Below, in pieces: positions 31,742 to 41,756 of a stretch of DNA of 64,000 nt; positions within the stretch are counted from its first letter, which is position 1; the number at the start of each line of letters is the position of its first letter. Source of the stretch: Andalucia godoyi And28 (lineage: Eukaryota; Protista; Jakobida). The position numbers and the translations under genes are program-made. The DNA lies in NCBI GenBank assembly GCA_009859145.1, contig VRVR01000024.1:214870-278869 (forward strand), in the 5' to 3' direction. The notes beneath the pieces are model-generated. The model made no database searches. It saw only the letters and a program-made list of their open reading frames with translations, and had not been told where the DNA came from.

Positions 31742-34111
31742 ATGGCAATTGAGTTGTTGTATATTCTTGTTGATGTTGGTACGCGTGATGCAGCAGCGTT
31801 TTCTCGATTAAAAGCAGTGGTGGCCCGGTATGTTCAGCAAAAGTATCTTTCGCTGTCAAACTCGTCGTATTCGCAAGTGGGATTAATGCTTGTTGGATCG
31901 GAGTTAACAAGCAATGCTCTTCGCGAGCAGCTTGGTGAGGGGCAGTATTCCCACGTGAGCGATGCTGTTCCTTTGCAAGCGCCGAATCGATCGTTTTTCG
32001 AGCACGTGGAGGAGCTGGCTCCGGAGGGCCAGCCAGGAGATGTTGTTGATGGGATTGTCGTTGCACTGACGGCACTTGGAGAAGCCGCAGTTTCGGGAAG
32101 AGGAGCATCTACTGCGACGCGCAAAATTGCAGTGTTTACCGATCTCTCATCCTGTCCATATGTCGAAGAAGGGTTGAGCGACATTAAACAAGGACTTGCG
32201 ACGTTCAAGATCGATTTGATGGTATATGTTGAGAACCCTCCCATTGACTTTGAAGAGGTGCAGGACAATGCGTTAATGGACCACGACGATCTTTCAGAAA
32301 CGGAGAAGACAAGAATAGGAAACCAAGTTGTTCTAGCAAGCTTGACAGAGAACTTGTTTGACACACGTGACATGATGGCCCAGCTGCGGATTTTGAAGCC
32401 GCCAATGACTGAGCCGAGGCCGATGACGTTTAACTTGGAAATTGGCGACAGCATCAAGATCCCTTTGAAAATGTATGTCAAGGTCTCCGCGGTGAAGCCT
32501 CTTGCGCATCGCGATGTGGCGATTCTGGCGCCCTCCATCACGGAAATGTCTGTTGCTGGCAGCGGCAGCACCCAAGGTGTGTCTCGCCAACAACGTTTGA
32601 TTCTTGATAGTGCAGGGACGGATGTGCTTCCAGCGGATACAATCAAGGCGTACAAGTACGGGAAGCAGCTGATCCCGCTGCACGACATTGATGTCATTGC
32701 GACAAAGTTGGAGACTGTGAAGAACTTTCGGCTGCTGTGTTTCTGTCCGGACACGTCTGTTCCAAGAATGCATTGGTTGTCAGCTCCTCGTTCATTCGTT
32801 CCCGATCCCAAGGATTGTGTGGCGGTCGAGGCCACGAAGGCGCTTGTGGCTGCCATGATTGCGTCCAAGAAGCATGCTGTTGTTCGGTTTGTCTATCGAG
32901 CGGGGCTCGAACCGAAACTTGGTCTACTTGTGCCGCATGCGAAATCGGCATATTCTTGTCTGGAATATGTGGAGATTCCGTTTTCCGAGGATATCCGTGA
33001 CTACCCATTCCGCTCATTCCAACAAATCAAAGACAATCTGTCGCGCGAAGAGATTGATGCGATGGATGCTCTCATTCACAATCTGACTCCGTCAGATCCG
33101 CGAGAAGTGCTGCATCCCAAGGTTCTTGCAGATGGAAACTTGCAGCTGTTTTACGAGCATCTGCACAGCCGATTTCTGGATCCAGCGCACAAGGTCACGA
33201 CAGACATTCCATCCGACCTTCGCAACCTCGTGTTTCTCGAGGACTCTGTACTACACGAGGCGTTCTTGCATGCCGTCCCTTCGATTTCGAACCTTGCTAG
33301 TGTCTTCACTCTCAAGGCGACAGAGGCCGAAAAGGACGTGCGAAAGCGCACACGATTTTGGTTTGACAGCGAAGAGATGGCTGCGGTCGCAGCTGCAAAT
33401 GCCGAGCTCGAATTGGTGTCCAAAAAGAGTCGAAGCGATGGTGGTGTCGATGCATTTGGAAGTTCTGCACCAGAGATGCCATCTGCTGCACCGCTTCCTG
33501 CAGCTGCCGCCGCCGCTGCCACCGCAGCCCCAGTCCTGGCGCCAGCTCCGGCTCCTGCGCCAATCGGAGTGACGGCAGTTAGCGGGCGGATGACGACTGC
33601 TGCGGGTGCTGCAAACGTTGCTGCAGTGCTGGGCCAGTACCGATTCGATCGCAACGATCCTGTGAACTCACTGAATCAAATGATGCAGGTTCCGCAACAT
33701 CGAGGCATGGCCGTGGTGGATATGATCGGTCTTGTCGAACGGCAGCTGGAGTTGGCAGACGACGCAGATGAACCGCGATTTTATGATCGAGCGCTGTCTT
33801 ATTTGGAGGCCCTCCGCACGCAATGCATTTCTTATGATTTTGCAACCGCCTTCAACGACCAGCTGCAATCCATCTGGCTGAACCGAGCGGAAGCTCCCGA
33901 GTTGGCCCACACACGATTTTTCGATCAACTGAAGACTCGCAAACTGATGCTGATTCACGAGGGCGAGTGTCCGTCTGCAGCGGGTGTTTCTATTGCGGAT
34001 GCGATAGCCTTGTTTTCCGAGGACCCGGCGACCAGCGCACCGTCCTCTTTGGGAAGCGCCTCCAACTCTTCCGTTTCTCGTCAGATGGCGATCATGGATC
34101 TTTTGGACTGA
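31742..34111 (+). CDS. XRCC5: Ku80, 789 aa
   Basis: vWA 'LYILVDVG','DVVDGIVVAL','IAVFTD'; core 'AYKYGKQLIP','VVRFVYR..EPKLGLLVP','IPFSEDIRDYPF'; C-terminal helical domain ending 'MDLLD'. Confidence 0.88.
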   Translation: MAIELLYILVDVGTRDAAAFSRLKAVVARYVQQKYLSLSNSSYSQVGLMLVGSELTSNALREQLGEGQYSHVSDAVPLQAPNRSFFEHVEELAPEGQPGDVVDGIVVALTALGEAAVSGRGASTATRKIAVFTDLSSCPYVEEGLSDIKQGLATFKIDLMVYVENPPIDFEEVQDNALMDHDDLSETEKTRIGNQVVLASLTENLFDTRDMMAQLRILKPPMTEPRPMTFNLEIGDSIKIPLKMYVKVSAVKPLAHRDVAILAPSITEMSVAGSGSTQGVSRQQRLILDSAGTDVLPADTIKAYKYGKQLIPLHDIDVIATKLETVKNFRLLCFCPDTSVPRMHWLSAPRSFVPDPKDCVAVEATKALVAAMIASKKHAVVRFVYRAGLEPKLGLLVPHAKSAYSCLEYVEIPFSEDIRDYPFRSFQQIKDNLSREEIDAMDALIHNLTPSDPREVLHPKVLADGNLQLFYEHLHSRFLDPAHKVTTDIPSDLRNLVFLEDSVLHEAFLHAVPSISNLASVFTLKATEAEKDVRKRTRFWFDSEEMAAVAAANAELELVSKKSRSDGGVDAFGSSAPEMPSAAPLPAAAAAAATAAPVLAPAPAPAPIGVTAVSGRMTTAAGAANVAAVLGQYRFDRNDPVNSLNQMMQVPQHRGMAVVDMIGLVERQLELADDADEPRFYDRALSYLEALRTQCISYDFATAFNDQLQSIWLNRAEAPELAHTRFFDQLKTRKLMLIHEGECPSAAGVSIADAIALFSEDPATSAPSSLGSASNSSVSRQMAIMDLLD

Positions 34112-34242
34112 GGGTGGGGTGTCTGAGGCGAGCCAGAGACAAGGAAAGCAACAACGCACTCCTTTCTGTGGCGCTACGGTCTTACAGCATTTCTCTTGGT
34201 TCCTGTATGTACATAGCTGTTTTTATGATCTTACTATTACGA

Positions 34243-34974
34243 CTACGACGCTAGCTTGTTAAAATGATCCCTCTGCCATATGTTCAAAACGTGTTGCATG
34301 CCGTGATTGAGTTTTGCGGAAGGCCGTTTGGATTTTACGGCGTGGAATGCCGATTTCCAGTCTGGAGCATGGCCAGCGGCCACAAGACACGCACAGAGGA
34401 CAGTGACCGAGCGTCCTCGTCCATACGCACAGTGAATCAACACGGGGCCGTCCTTTCTCTTTTCGGCAGCAAAGAGCACCGCGCGTTCAATATCCGTCGG
34501 GCACGGAGGCGTCCCATCCCATGTTGGAATGCAAAGGTACTTGTGTGGAGCAATTTCGACGTACTCCGGCAGTTCGCAAGTGAGATCGACGACTCCTCCC
34601 CAGTTCAGCGGGACTTTACAACTTCTCCATCCGCCGACGTACCATCCTGAAAAGATCTCTGTGGCGTCGTCATCCGGCTTTCCAGACAGCTGGTTTGCGA
34701 TGAGATGGATGCGAGAGATGAGCATCAGAGACCAGAATGCAGGATACGACCAGAAGCTCATGTGTCCCGTTCGGAAGTCCTTTCCCACGATTCCAGAATA
34801 CTTGCGAAGCCTCATCAGATACGCCACAAGCAGCGTCGACGCACCGCCCCACATGACAAACAGCGACAATGGTCGCGGCACAAGGTAGTATCCAACCGCC
34901 AGCTTCACTGATCCTAGCAGCCCCATCATCTTGACTGGACCGCCCAAGTGAACAATCTCTTGCACAATTCCCAT
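34243..34974 (-). CDS. Membrane-anchored dual-specificity phosphatase, 243 aa (ATG 34974)
   Basis: HCAYGRGRS (CX5R), VVDLTCELPE, PTWDGTPP; N-terminal hydrophobic helices. Confidence 0.88.
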   Translation of the reverse strand: MGIVQEIVHLGGPVKMMGLLGSVKLAVGYYLVPRPLSLFVMWGGASTLLVAYLMRLRKYSGIVGKDFRTGHMSFWSYPAFWSLMLISRIHLIANQLSGKPDDDATEIFSGWYVGGWRSCKVPLNWGGVVDLTCELPEYVEIAPHKYLCIPTWDGTPPCPTDIERAVLFAAEKRKDGPVLIHCAYGRGRSVTVLCACLVAAGHAPDWKSAFHAVKSKRPSAKLNHGMQHVLNIWQRDHFNKLAS

Positions 34975-35103
34975 GTTTTTCTGCACACGTCCGCGTCCAC
35001 ACCGCAACGTGTTCTGTCTGGCTAGCACAGATCTACTACTGAATAGAAGAAAAGAGAACAGAAGAGAGGAAATGTCAGAAATCCTCAAGAGGACTTGTTT
35101 TTG

Positions 35104-35210
<107 letters not shown>

Positions 35211-35322
35211 TGCAAATTCTTTAAATACGGCAAAATTTGATCGATATTTGCAGTTCTGGCAAAGAGTGAGTAGAGTAGCGACTCAAACTTGACCCTCCAT
35301 AATGTCATTAGGTGACATCACA

Positions 35323-35355
35323 AATGACACCACCAATGACACCACCAATGACACC
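35323..35355. repeat. 12-bp tandem repeat AATGACACCACC x about 2.7 between divergent DSP and eIF1A genes
   Basis: Direct reading. Confidence 0.8.
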
Positions 35356-35628
35356 GATTTTTTTATTAAAATATTACCAGTCAATCAAATTGACTCATGT
35401 GCCGCGGATGTAGTCCACTCAATCGCTCTTTCAGCAAAAGCTGGTTCATGTCCTTTCCTGCTGACTTTGACATGATGTCACTCTTCCCCATTCGTCTCCC
35501 TCCTTCTATTCCTTTCATCATCTTTTTTCATCTTGATCTTTTATTTCTTCTTTCCATCTTTCCGTCACTCCATTCCAATTGTCATCATCCCGTTACTGCG
35601 TGCTGGTGTTGTTGGTTGGCTTTGCAAG

Positions 35629-36051
35629 ATGAGTTCCAAGAACGTCAAAGGAAAAGGAGGCAAGAACCGCCGCCGGGGAGCAAATAACACGGAAGGCACG
35701 AAGCGAGAGCTTATCATTCGCGAGGAGGGACAAGAGTATGCGCAGGTTCTGCGGATGCTTGGAAACGGCCGATTGGAAGCTAAGTGCTTTGCTGATGCAA
35801 AGACGCGTCAGTGCCATATTCGTGGAAAGATGCGTAAGAAAGTGTGGATCAACGTCGGCGACATTGTCCTCATCTCGACGCGAGAGTATCAGGACGAAAA
35901 GGCAGATGTCATACACAAGTACACGCCGGACGAAGCGAGAGCTCTCAAGGCTCAGGAGGAAATCCCAGACAACATCCGTGTCAATGAAGTCGCAGACGAG
36001 GGAGAGGAGTTCTCGTCTGGAGACGATGCATTTGACTTTGACTCGGTGTAG
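35629..36051 (+). CDS. EIF1A: Translation initiation factor eIF1A, 140 aa
   Basis: [48 protein letters not shown]. Confidence 0.97.
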   Translation: MSSKNVKGKGGKNRRRGANNTEGTKRELIIREEGQEYAQVLRMLGNGRLEAKCFADAKTRQCHIRGKMRKKVWINVGDIVLISTREYQDEKADVIHKYTPDEARALKAQEEIPDNIRVNEVADEGEEFSSGDDAFDFDSV

Positions 36052-36227
36052 CACCACAACCGTTTCTGCATTCCGCATTTGCATTTCGCATTTTCTTATC
36101 TTCATTAATTAATAAATTAATAATAGTTGAAAATAAATAAATAATAATGAATAAAGAAATAAAAATGAAATTTAAACATAAAATAATAATAATAATAAAG
36201 GAAACAGTGCCACGCGGAAGAACATGT

Positions 36228-36938
36228 TTACAATCGAGAAAGCGCAGTTCGGACGAAGACAAAAGGTTCCGAGTCGATGCGCTGGCGATCGGCCTCGGAC
36301 ATAGCCTCGGCTTGAAACGAGTACTTGTAGGGAGGATAGAACTGCTGGGAAACTTGGTCGAGCGGGACCATGAAGGGCGGGCCCAGACACGCCTTTTCTG
36401 GAGACCGCAGCACCACTTCGAGGAACATAACCGAGGATGCCGATGTCTTGCGATGGATGAGCTCTGCGTACCGCGGTCTTGCATCCGGTGCAATCGCGAC
36501 CATGGATGCCCGGTCGTAGATGATGTCGTATGTTTCTAGCGGGGTTTGCATCACGCGCTCGAAGAAATCGCCCTGCAAGATGCACACGCGCTTGTCGCTT
36601 GACGTGTATCCGAGCTCCGACTTGGTGAACTGCAGCTCGGGGAAGCTCTCGGCCATGAGTTTCTCCACCGCGGAACTGACGAACTCGATTCCCGTCACCT
36701 GTCTGCAGCCGCAGTCGTAAAAGAAGCGGAGAACGGCCGAGTCGCCACACAGCGGAACAAGCACAGACGCATCGGACAACTTCGGCATCCGTGGTTCCCC
36801 AATGCACTCGGACAGAAACGCGAGGTTGGATGCAAACGGCTTGTTCACTTCAAATCGCTTCCAACCGGTCTCGCCCTTGGCCCACCGTGAAGACCAGTAT
36901 GATTCGCTCGATTCAGCTGCGAACGGATTGCTTGACAT
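36228..36938 (-). CDS. TPMT: Thiopurine S-methyltransferase family protein
   Basis: YWSSRWAKGETGW, VLVPLCGDS, YDRASMVAIAP..RPRYA, GPPF. Confidence 0.88.
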   Translation of the reverse strand: MSSNPFAAESSESYWSSRWAKGETGWKRFEVNKPFASNLAFLSECIGEPRMPKLSDASVLVPLCGDSAVLRFFYDCGCRQVTGIEFVSSAVEKLMAESFPELQFTKSELGYTSSDKRVCILQGDFFERVMQTPLETYDIIYDRASMVAIAPDARPRYAELIHRKTSASSVMFLEVVLRSPEKACLGPPFMVPLDQVSQQFYPPYKYSFQAEAMSEADRQRIDSEPFVFVRTALSRL

Positions 36939-37503
36939 TCTTACCGGCACAACAACAGCAACGGGGATTTAATAAAAAGACTGTAAGAAAAACCCAGTCA
37001 CAGTAAATCCTACTCACGAGCGTCACCCAAAAAAGAAAAAAAGAAAAAAATGGGAAAAATCAACGCCGTTTGCCAGCTGTAGAAGCAATCCGATTCGTTT
37101 CAGATGGGATTGATAATTTAAAAAAATTGCAACCGGTAAACGATTCTCTCTGACCAAAACGAATGGCGCCTCTCTGTTTTTTGAATAAACCACTCTCTCT
37201 CTGTCTCTCTGTCTCTCTCTCTCTGTCTGTCTTTCTCTCTGTCTCTCTCTCTGTCTGTCTATCTATTCTGAATGTTTTGTTAAAACATCATTTTGTTTCG
37301 TTTTCTTTTTCCTGTGTTTTCCCTTCATTCAGTTTTTTAAAATATTTTTGCCTTCTTCTTTCCTGTTTGTAGAACACTTTTCCCCCGTTGTCTGTCTGTC
37401 TGTCTGTGTGTTTCCTCTTTTTTATTTAAATTTCTTCTTCTTTTAATTTTGAAATTGAAGTTTTGGAGAGAGAGAAAGAGAGAGAAAAGAAAAGGAAGAA
37501 AAC

Positions 37504-39192
37504 ATGTCTGCGCAACCTGAGCTTCTGTATTCGTTCTCTAATCTTGGTCTTGCGAACCAGTCGCTGAACGCAAAGAACAGTTCGGACGACGATGCGACGT
37601 TTGCATCCATGTACCTTTCTCCTTCAAAATCATCGTCCAAATCAACAGGCGCGTGCTCCCCGTCCACATCATCTACATCCGCATCCGTTTCTGCATCTGT
37701 ATCTACGACAGCGCCGTCGTCGAGCGCTTCTGCGTTTGCGTCGCCGAGCAAAAAGAAGATTGACCAGTCGTCCACTCTGATCTGTTCGTCTCCGCTGCGC
37801 TCTGTTCGGAAAGGGAAAGAGAATATCGCAGTGTCGGTCACTTCTCCGCCGACTAGGACGTCGAAGAAGTCGCTGTATGACTACCTTCCGAAGCCATCGT
37901 CGTTGTCGTCGTCGTCGTCGGGATCGGGATCGGGATCGGGTTCACCGGGTTCATCACTTTCGTCAATGATGATCATGTCGCCTGCTGCGAAAAAATCAGC
38001 GAGCCGATTCGTCGATTCTGATGGCGATTTGCGCATGCAGGACGCAGAAATTGTTTCAAAGGTTGTGAACGCAGTCATTGCGGATGACGACGAGCACTCG
38101 CCGTCGTCGTCGTCAATCTCGAGTGGAAACTTCGGCCATCAGCAGCATCACTTTGTTCAGAGACGTCTTTCAAGTTCGCCGTCTTCGTCTCCGTCTTCGT
38201 CGTCCACCTGGAGCACTTCAGCGTCGTCGACATCGCCGGTGACAGGAAATGGAACGACGCTGTTTTCGCCGGTTTACCCAGCAAACGCACATGAGCAATC
38301 CTGTGCGACGCAGCAACAGCCTGCTCATGCCCATGCGCACGCACATCACAAGCGCTCTGTGCAGAGCAAGGATCCTAAACAACGGTCGATTACGGAATTC
38401 ACGATTCCATCTCCAAAGCAGCAAAAGGCTGAGGAGGTGGATCCAAAGGACCCGTGGGTGATCATGTCGCGCAGTCTGCCGTATGAGTATGTGTTCGATG
38501 CGTGCGATGAAGACGATTTTAACCCGCTGTTGTTCATCAAGACGGTTCCACCACTGCCCTACGAGTATCGTGTTCGCTCCGCTGTACTTCCGAGAAAGAC
38601 GCGCTCGACGCCAAAACTCTCGCTTGTTCTCGATCTCGACGAAACGCTCGTGCACTGCTCGACGGAGCCGATGGAAAAGGCAGACCTGACGTTCCACATC
38701 ACATCAAACGGCGTCGACTACACAGTTTACGCGAGAAAGAGACCCCACATGGACTTTTTCTTGCGCGAAGTCAGCAAGATTGCAGAGGTTACTGTGTTTA
38801 CTGCGTCGCAGCAGGTGTATGCGGAGAAGCTGTTGGATCTCTTGGATCCGAAGAAAGAATATATCAAGTACCGCTTGTACAGACCTTCGTGTGTTCAAGT
38901 CGAGGGATTGTTTCTGAAGGACCTTTCCTTGTTGGGTCGCGATTTGGCATCGACCGTCATTGTTGACAACTCTCCCCAGGCATTCGCGTACCAGGTAGAG
39001 AATGGTATCCCGATTGACACGTGGATTGACCAGGATGATGACACAGAGCTCGTGAAGCTGTTGAAGCTGATTCGCGAAGAAATTATTCCTGCCGACGATG
39101 TTCGAAACGTTCTCCGACGTGCGTTCCGCATCCAGTCTCAAGTAGATGAGCTGCGCCTTCCGGACTCGCCGCTCTTTAGCGACTGCATGTAA
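37504..39192 (+). CDS. CTDSPL2: CTD small phosphatase-like 2 (FCP/SCP HAD family), 562 aa
   Basis: LVLDLDETLVHC, RKRPHMDFFL, VFTASQQVYAEKLLDLLDP, KDLSLLGRDL, IVDNSPQAF; S-rich N-terminus. Confidence 0.9.
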   Translation: MSAQPELLYSFSNLGLANQSLNAKNSSDDDATFASMYLSPSKSSSKSTGACSPSTSSTSASVSASVSTTAPSSSASAFASPSKKKIDQSSTLICSSPLRSVRKGKENIAVSVTSPPTRTSKKSLYDYLPKPSSLSSSSSGSGSGSGSPGSSLSSMMIMSPAAKKSASRFVDSDGDLRMQDAEIVSKVVNAVIADDDEHSPSSSSISSGNFGHQQHHFVQRRLSSSPSSSPSSSSTWSTSASSTSPVTGNGTTLFSPVYPANAHEQSCATQQQPAHAHAHAHHKRSVQSKDPKQRSITEFTIPSPKQQKAEEVDPKDPWVIMSRSLPYEYVFDACDEDDFNPLLFIKTVPPLPYEYRVRSAVLPRKTRSTPKLSLVLDLDETLVHCSTEPMEKADLTFHITSNGVDYTVYARKRPHMDFFLREVSKIAEVTVFTASQQVYAEKLLDLLDPKKEYIKYRLYRPSCVQVEGLFLKDLSLLGRDLASTVIVDNSPQAFAYQVENGIPIDTWIDQDDDTELVKLLKLIREEIIPADDVRNVLRRAFRIQSQVDELRLPDSPLFSDCM

Positions 39193-40046
39193 GACGTCTG
39201 CGTTGTTTCCATTAGGGCATTGCTGGGGTGAGGAGGACTGGTGGCAGCCCGGTTCTTGGAAACCGATTGCTTTAGATCTGGACCACAAGAAGGATACCCA
39301 GAGACGGAATCGAACGGCGACGGCGGGTTGTGTTGCCACTGTCGTCGCCCCCCCCCCCCCTTTTTTTTTTTCTTCTTTCTTCTTCTTCTTCTTCGTCTTG
39401 TATTCATTTCTGTATAGCTACTTCTTTCTTCTTCTTTTCTTTTCAGTTGTCAGATTGCTTCGTGCGTTGCACTTTGTGGCGTGGCGTGTTGTGCTTTGCG
39501 CGTCCATAAGTGGTCAATTGCCTTTTCATGTTTTCATTTGTTGTTACGTCCATCATTCGTCGTTTTCTTCATGCACCCTGTAGGTCTCATTGTTTTTGAT
39601 TTTCGTTTTTGCAATAGGAAAAACGCACTAGATTTGTTTGCCTTTTTGCCGTTTCAATTTAGATTCCTTCCCGTGTCTGTCCGCATATCTATGTATGAAT
39701 GCCTGTTGCCTGTCGCGTGCAGTGTTGGGGGTTTTTTATGCGCGTGTGCGTGTGGGAGCATGTATCTATGTGTCTGTGTCTCTCTCTGTGTGTGTCTCTT
39801 TGTTTGTGTTTGTGTTTCTGTGTGTGTTTCTGTGTGTGTGTGTGTGTGTGTGTGCGTTCTCTGACACAGCCGTTACTGATTGTTGAGTGTACAATCCTTC
39901 TGATCCCAGTTCTTGTACCACAATGTAAATCTACAAAAGAGAGAAGATCCATTTTCATTAAAAAAAACGTCTTTTGTTCATCCCTCTTTGCTCCACGTGT
40001 TGCTGCGTCACTCTGGTTCGTCGTCTTGTTCAAGTATTCTCCCTGT

Positions 40047-40853
40047 TTATTTTGCCCATTCACAGTGAAGCCTGCAGCTCATGAAGCCGTAGTCATCGTA
40101 CTTCTCCATTGCCTTTTCTGCTTCTTCCTTTGTCGCAAACGAAGCAAAAGCAATTCCTTTTTCGGCAAGGACCTTGAAACGCAGCAGCTCGGCTCTGCGA
40201 GTTCCAAACGGTCGGCGATTCAGACTTTCCGTCGGCTCGAGCGCTTGGAACAAATCCTTGAGCTCAAACTGGTCGTCCCGCGACATGTGCAATGGCAAAT
40301 TGGAGACCCTGATGGTGAATTCCACTGGTCTATCCTCTCCACCCGGTCCACCAACTCCCATTTGTCTTCGGAACGTGTACTTCGCGGCTCCCGGCATCGC
40401 AGCCTGGGCTTGGATTTCCTGTGCAGAGGGCAGCGGGATTGCCGAGGCGGGCTTTGCGGGTGCAAGCGCGGACCCAGCAGCCTTCTTCCCCATGAGAGAC
40501 ATGAATTCATGACCCGCAGACGCCCCTTGGCTCTTCTCTGCTTCCTCAGCTTTGCGAGCCTTGGTCTCGATCGTCACCTCGTCTGCAGAATACGTCACCC
40601 CTTCATTGGACTCCTTTGCAAGTCCAAACTTGGGCATGTTTCGGCGCTCAAGAACAGACTTCTTCACTCGCTGTGTCACACTCGTAACCTTGACCCGCTG
40701 TGTAACCCGTGTCTTTGTGTTGGTTGCCGAGTCAAATCGAATCTCGGTCACTGTCTTCATTCCGTTCTCATCCACTTCACTCTCAGTTCGATCAAGCACT
40801 TCAATCGTGTTGCCAGGCTGGTCTTCGGACCACTGTTGATTTCCAATCGTCAT
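40047..40853 (-). CDS. EIF3G: eIF3 subunit G, 268 aa (ATG 40853)
   Basis: 'ENGMKTVTE','VLERRNMPKFG','VTYSADEVTI'; C-terminal RRM 'TIRVSNLP','KGIAFASF','LHCEWAK'. Confidence 0.85.
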   Translation of the reverse strand: MTIGNQQWSEDQPGNTIEVLDRTESEVDENGMKTVTEIRFDSATNTKTRVTQRVKVTSVTQRVKKSVLERRNMPKFGLAKESNEGVTYSADEVTIETKARKAEEAEKSQGASAGHEFMSLMGKKAAGSALAPAKPASAIPLPSAQEIQAQAAMPGAAKYTFRRQMGVGGPGGEDRPVEFTIRVSNLPLHMSRDDQFELKDLFQALEPTESLNRRPFGTRRAELLRFKVLAEKGIAFASFATKEEAEKAMEKYDDYGFMSCRLHCEWAK

Positions 40854-41325
40854 TCTCAGGAATTCCCCGTGTCTGACTGGAGCTGATGGGGGAGGTGTGC
40901 AGGTGTGGGGGGGGAGAAAGGAGTTGGGGAAAAAAGCAAATAGCCAGGGGGAAAGGAAAAGTTGGAGAAAAACGTTACGAATGTGAGAAAATGGAAGAAA
41001 GGGAAAGAAGAGGAAAAACAAACTGGGAAATCATTGTACATACAGAGAGAGCCAATGCAAAGTCGAAATTCGCTTTTCAAAAAGATCAGAAAAAGGGTTC
41101 TGATGGAATTGTTGTTCTGGCATCAATCAAAAGCATCAATCCCCAAGACAAAAAGGCTTCTTCTACCGCCCAAAAACAGGTTGCGGTCGGTCGTTGAGAA
41201 GGTTCGGGGGGGAAAAAAAATGTCATGGCCTGACATCTTACCTCCGTTTTCTCAGGAATCTTTCATCGTCTTTTTCGGTCGTTGTCTGTCTCTCTGTCTC
41301 TCTGTCTCTGTCTCTCTGCGAGTGC

Positions 41326-41356
<31 letters not shown>

Positions 41357-41756
41357 CGTGTGTATCTTAATCAACAATTGTTGCTGTTTGTTCCCGTCTC
41401 CTCTTTTCCATTTCCCCATTTCCCATTTCTTCAATCTCCTTTTTCGTAATTCTCACTCAAACTCCTCCTGCCGTGCAATTCCTCGTTGTTTCACTTTCTT
41501 TTTTATTTTTTATTTTCTTTTAATTCTTGTTTTAGCGGTGGTGATCGGAAGCTCCCTCCCTTGCTCAGGCCCGTTTCATATTTAATTATTGTTTTTCGGT
41601 TATTCTTTTTTCTTTTTGCTTGCGCCACTCCTTTCATTCATCTTGCTCTCTGTACCTTCCGGTCCTTCTCCATTTTCCTCGTCCGTCGTCTGCTGATTTG
41701 GTCGTCTGTTCTTTTGACGCTACAAAGAAAAAGAAAAAGAGAAAGAAACCTTATAA

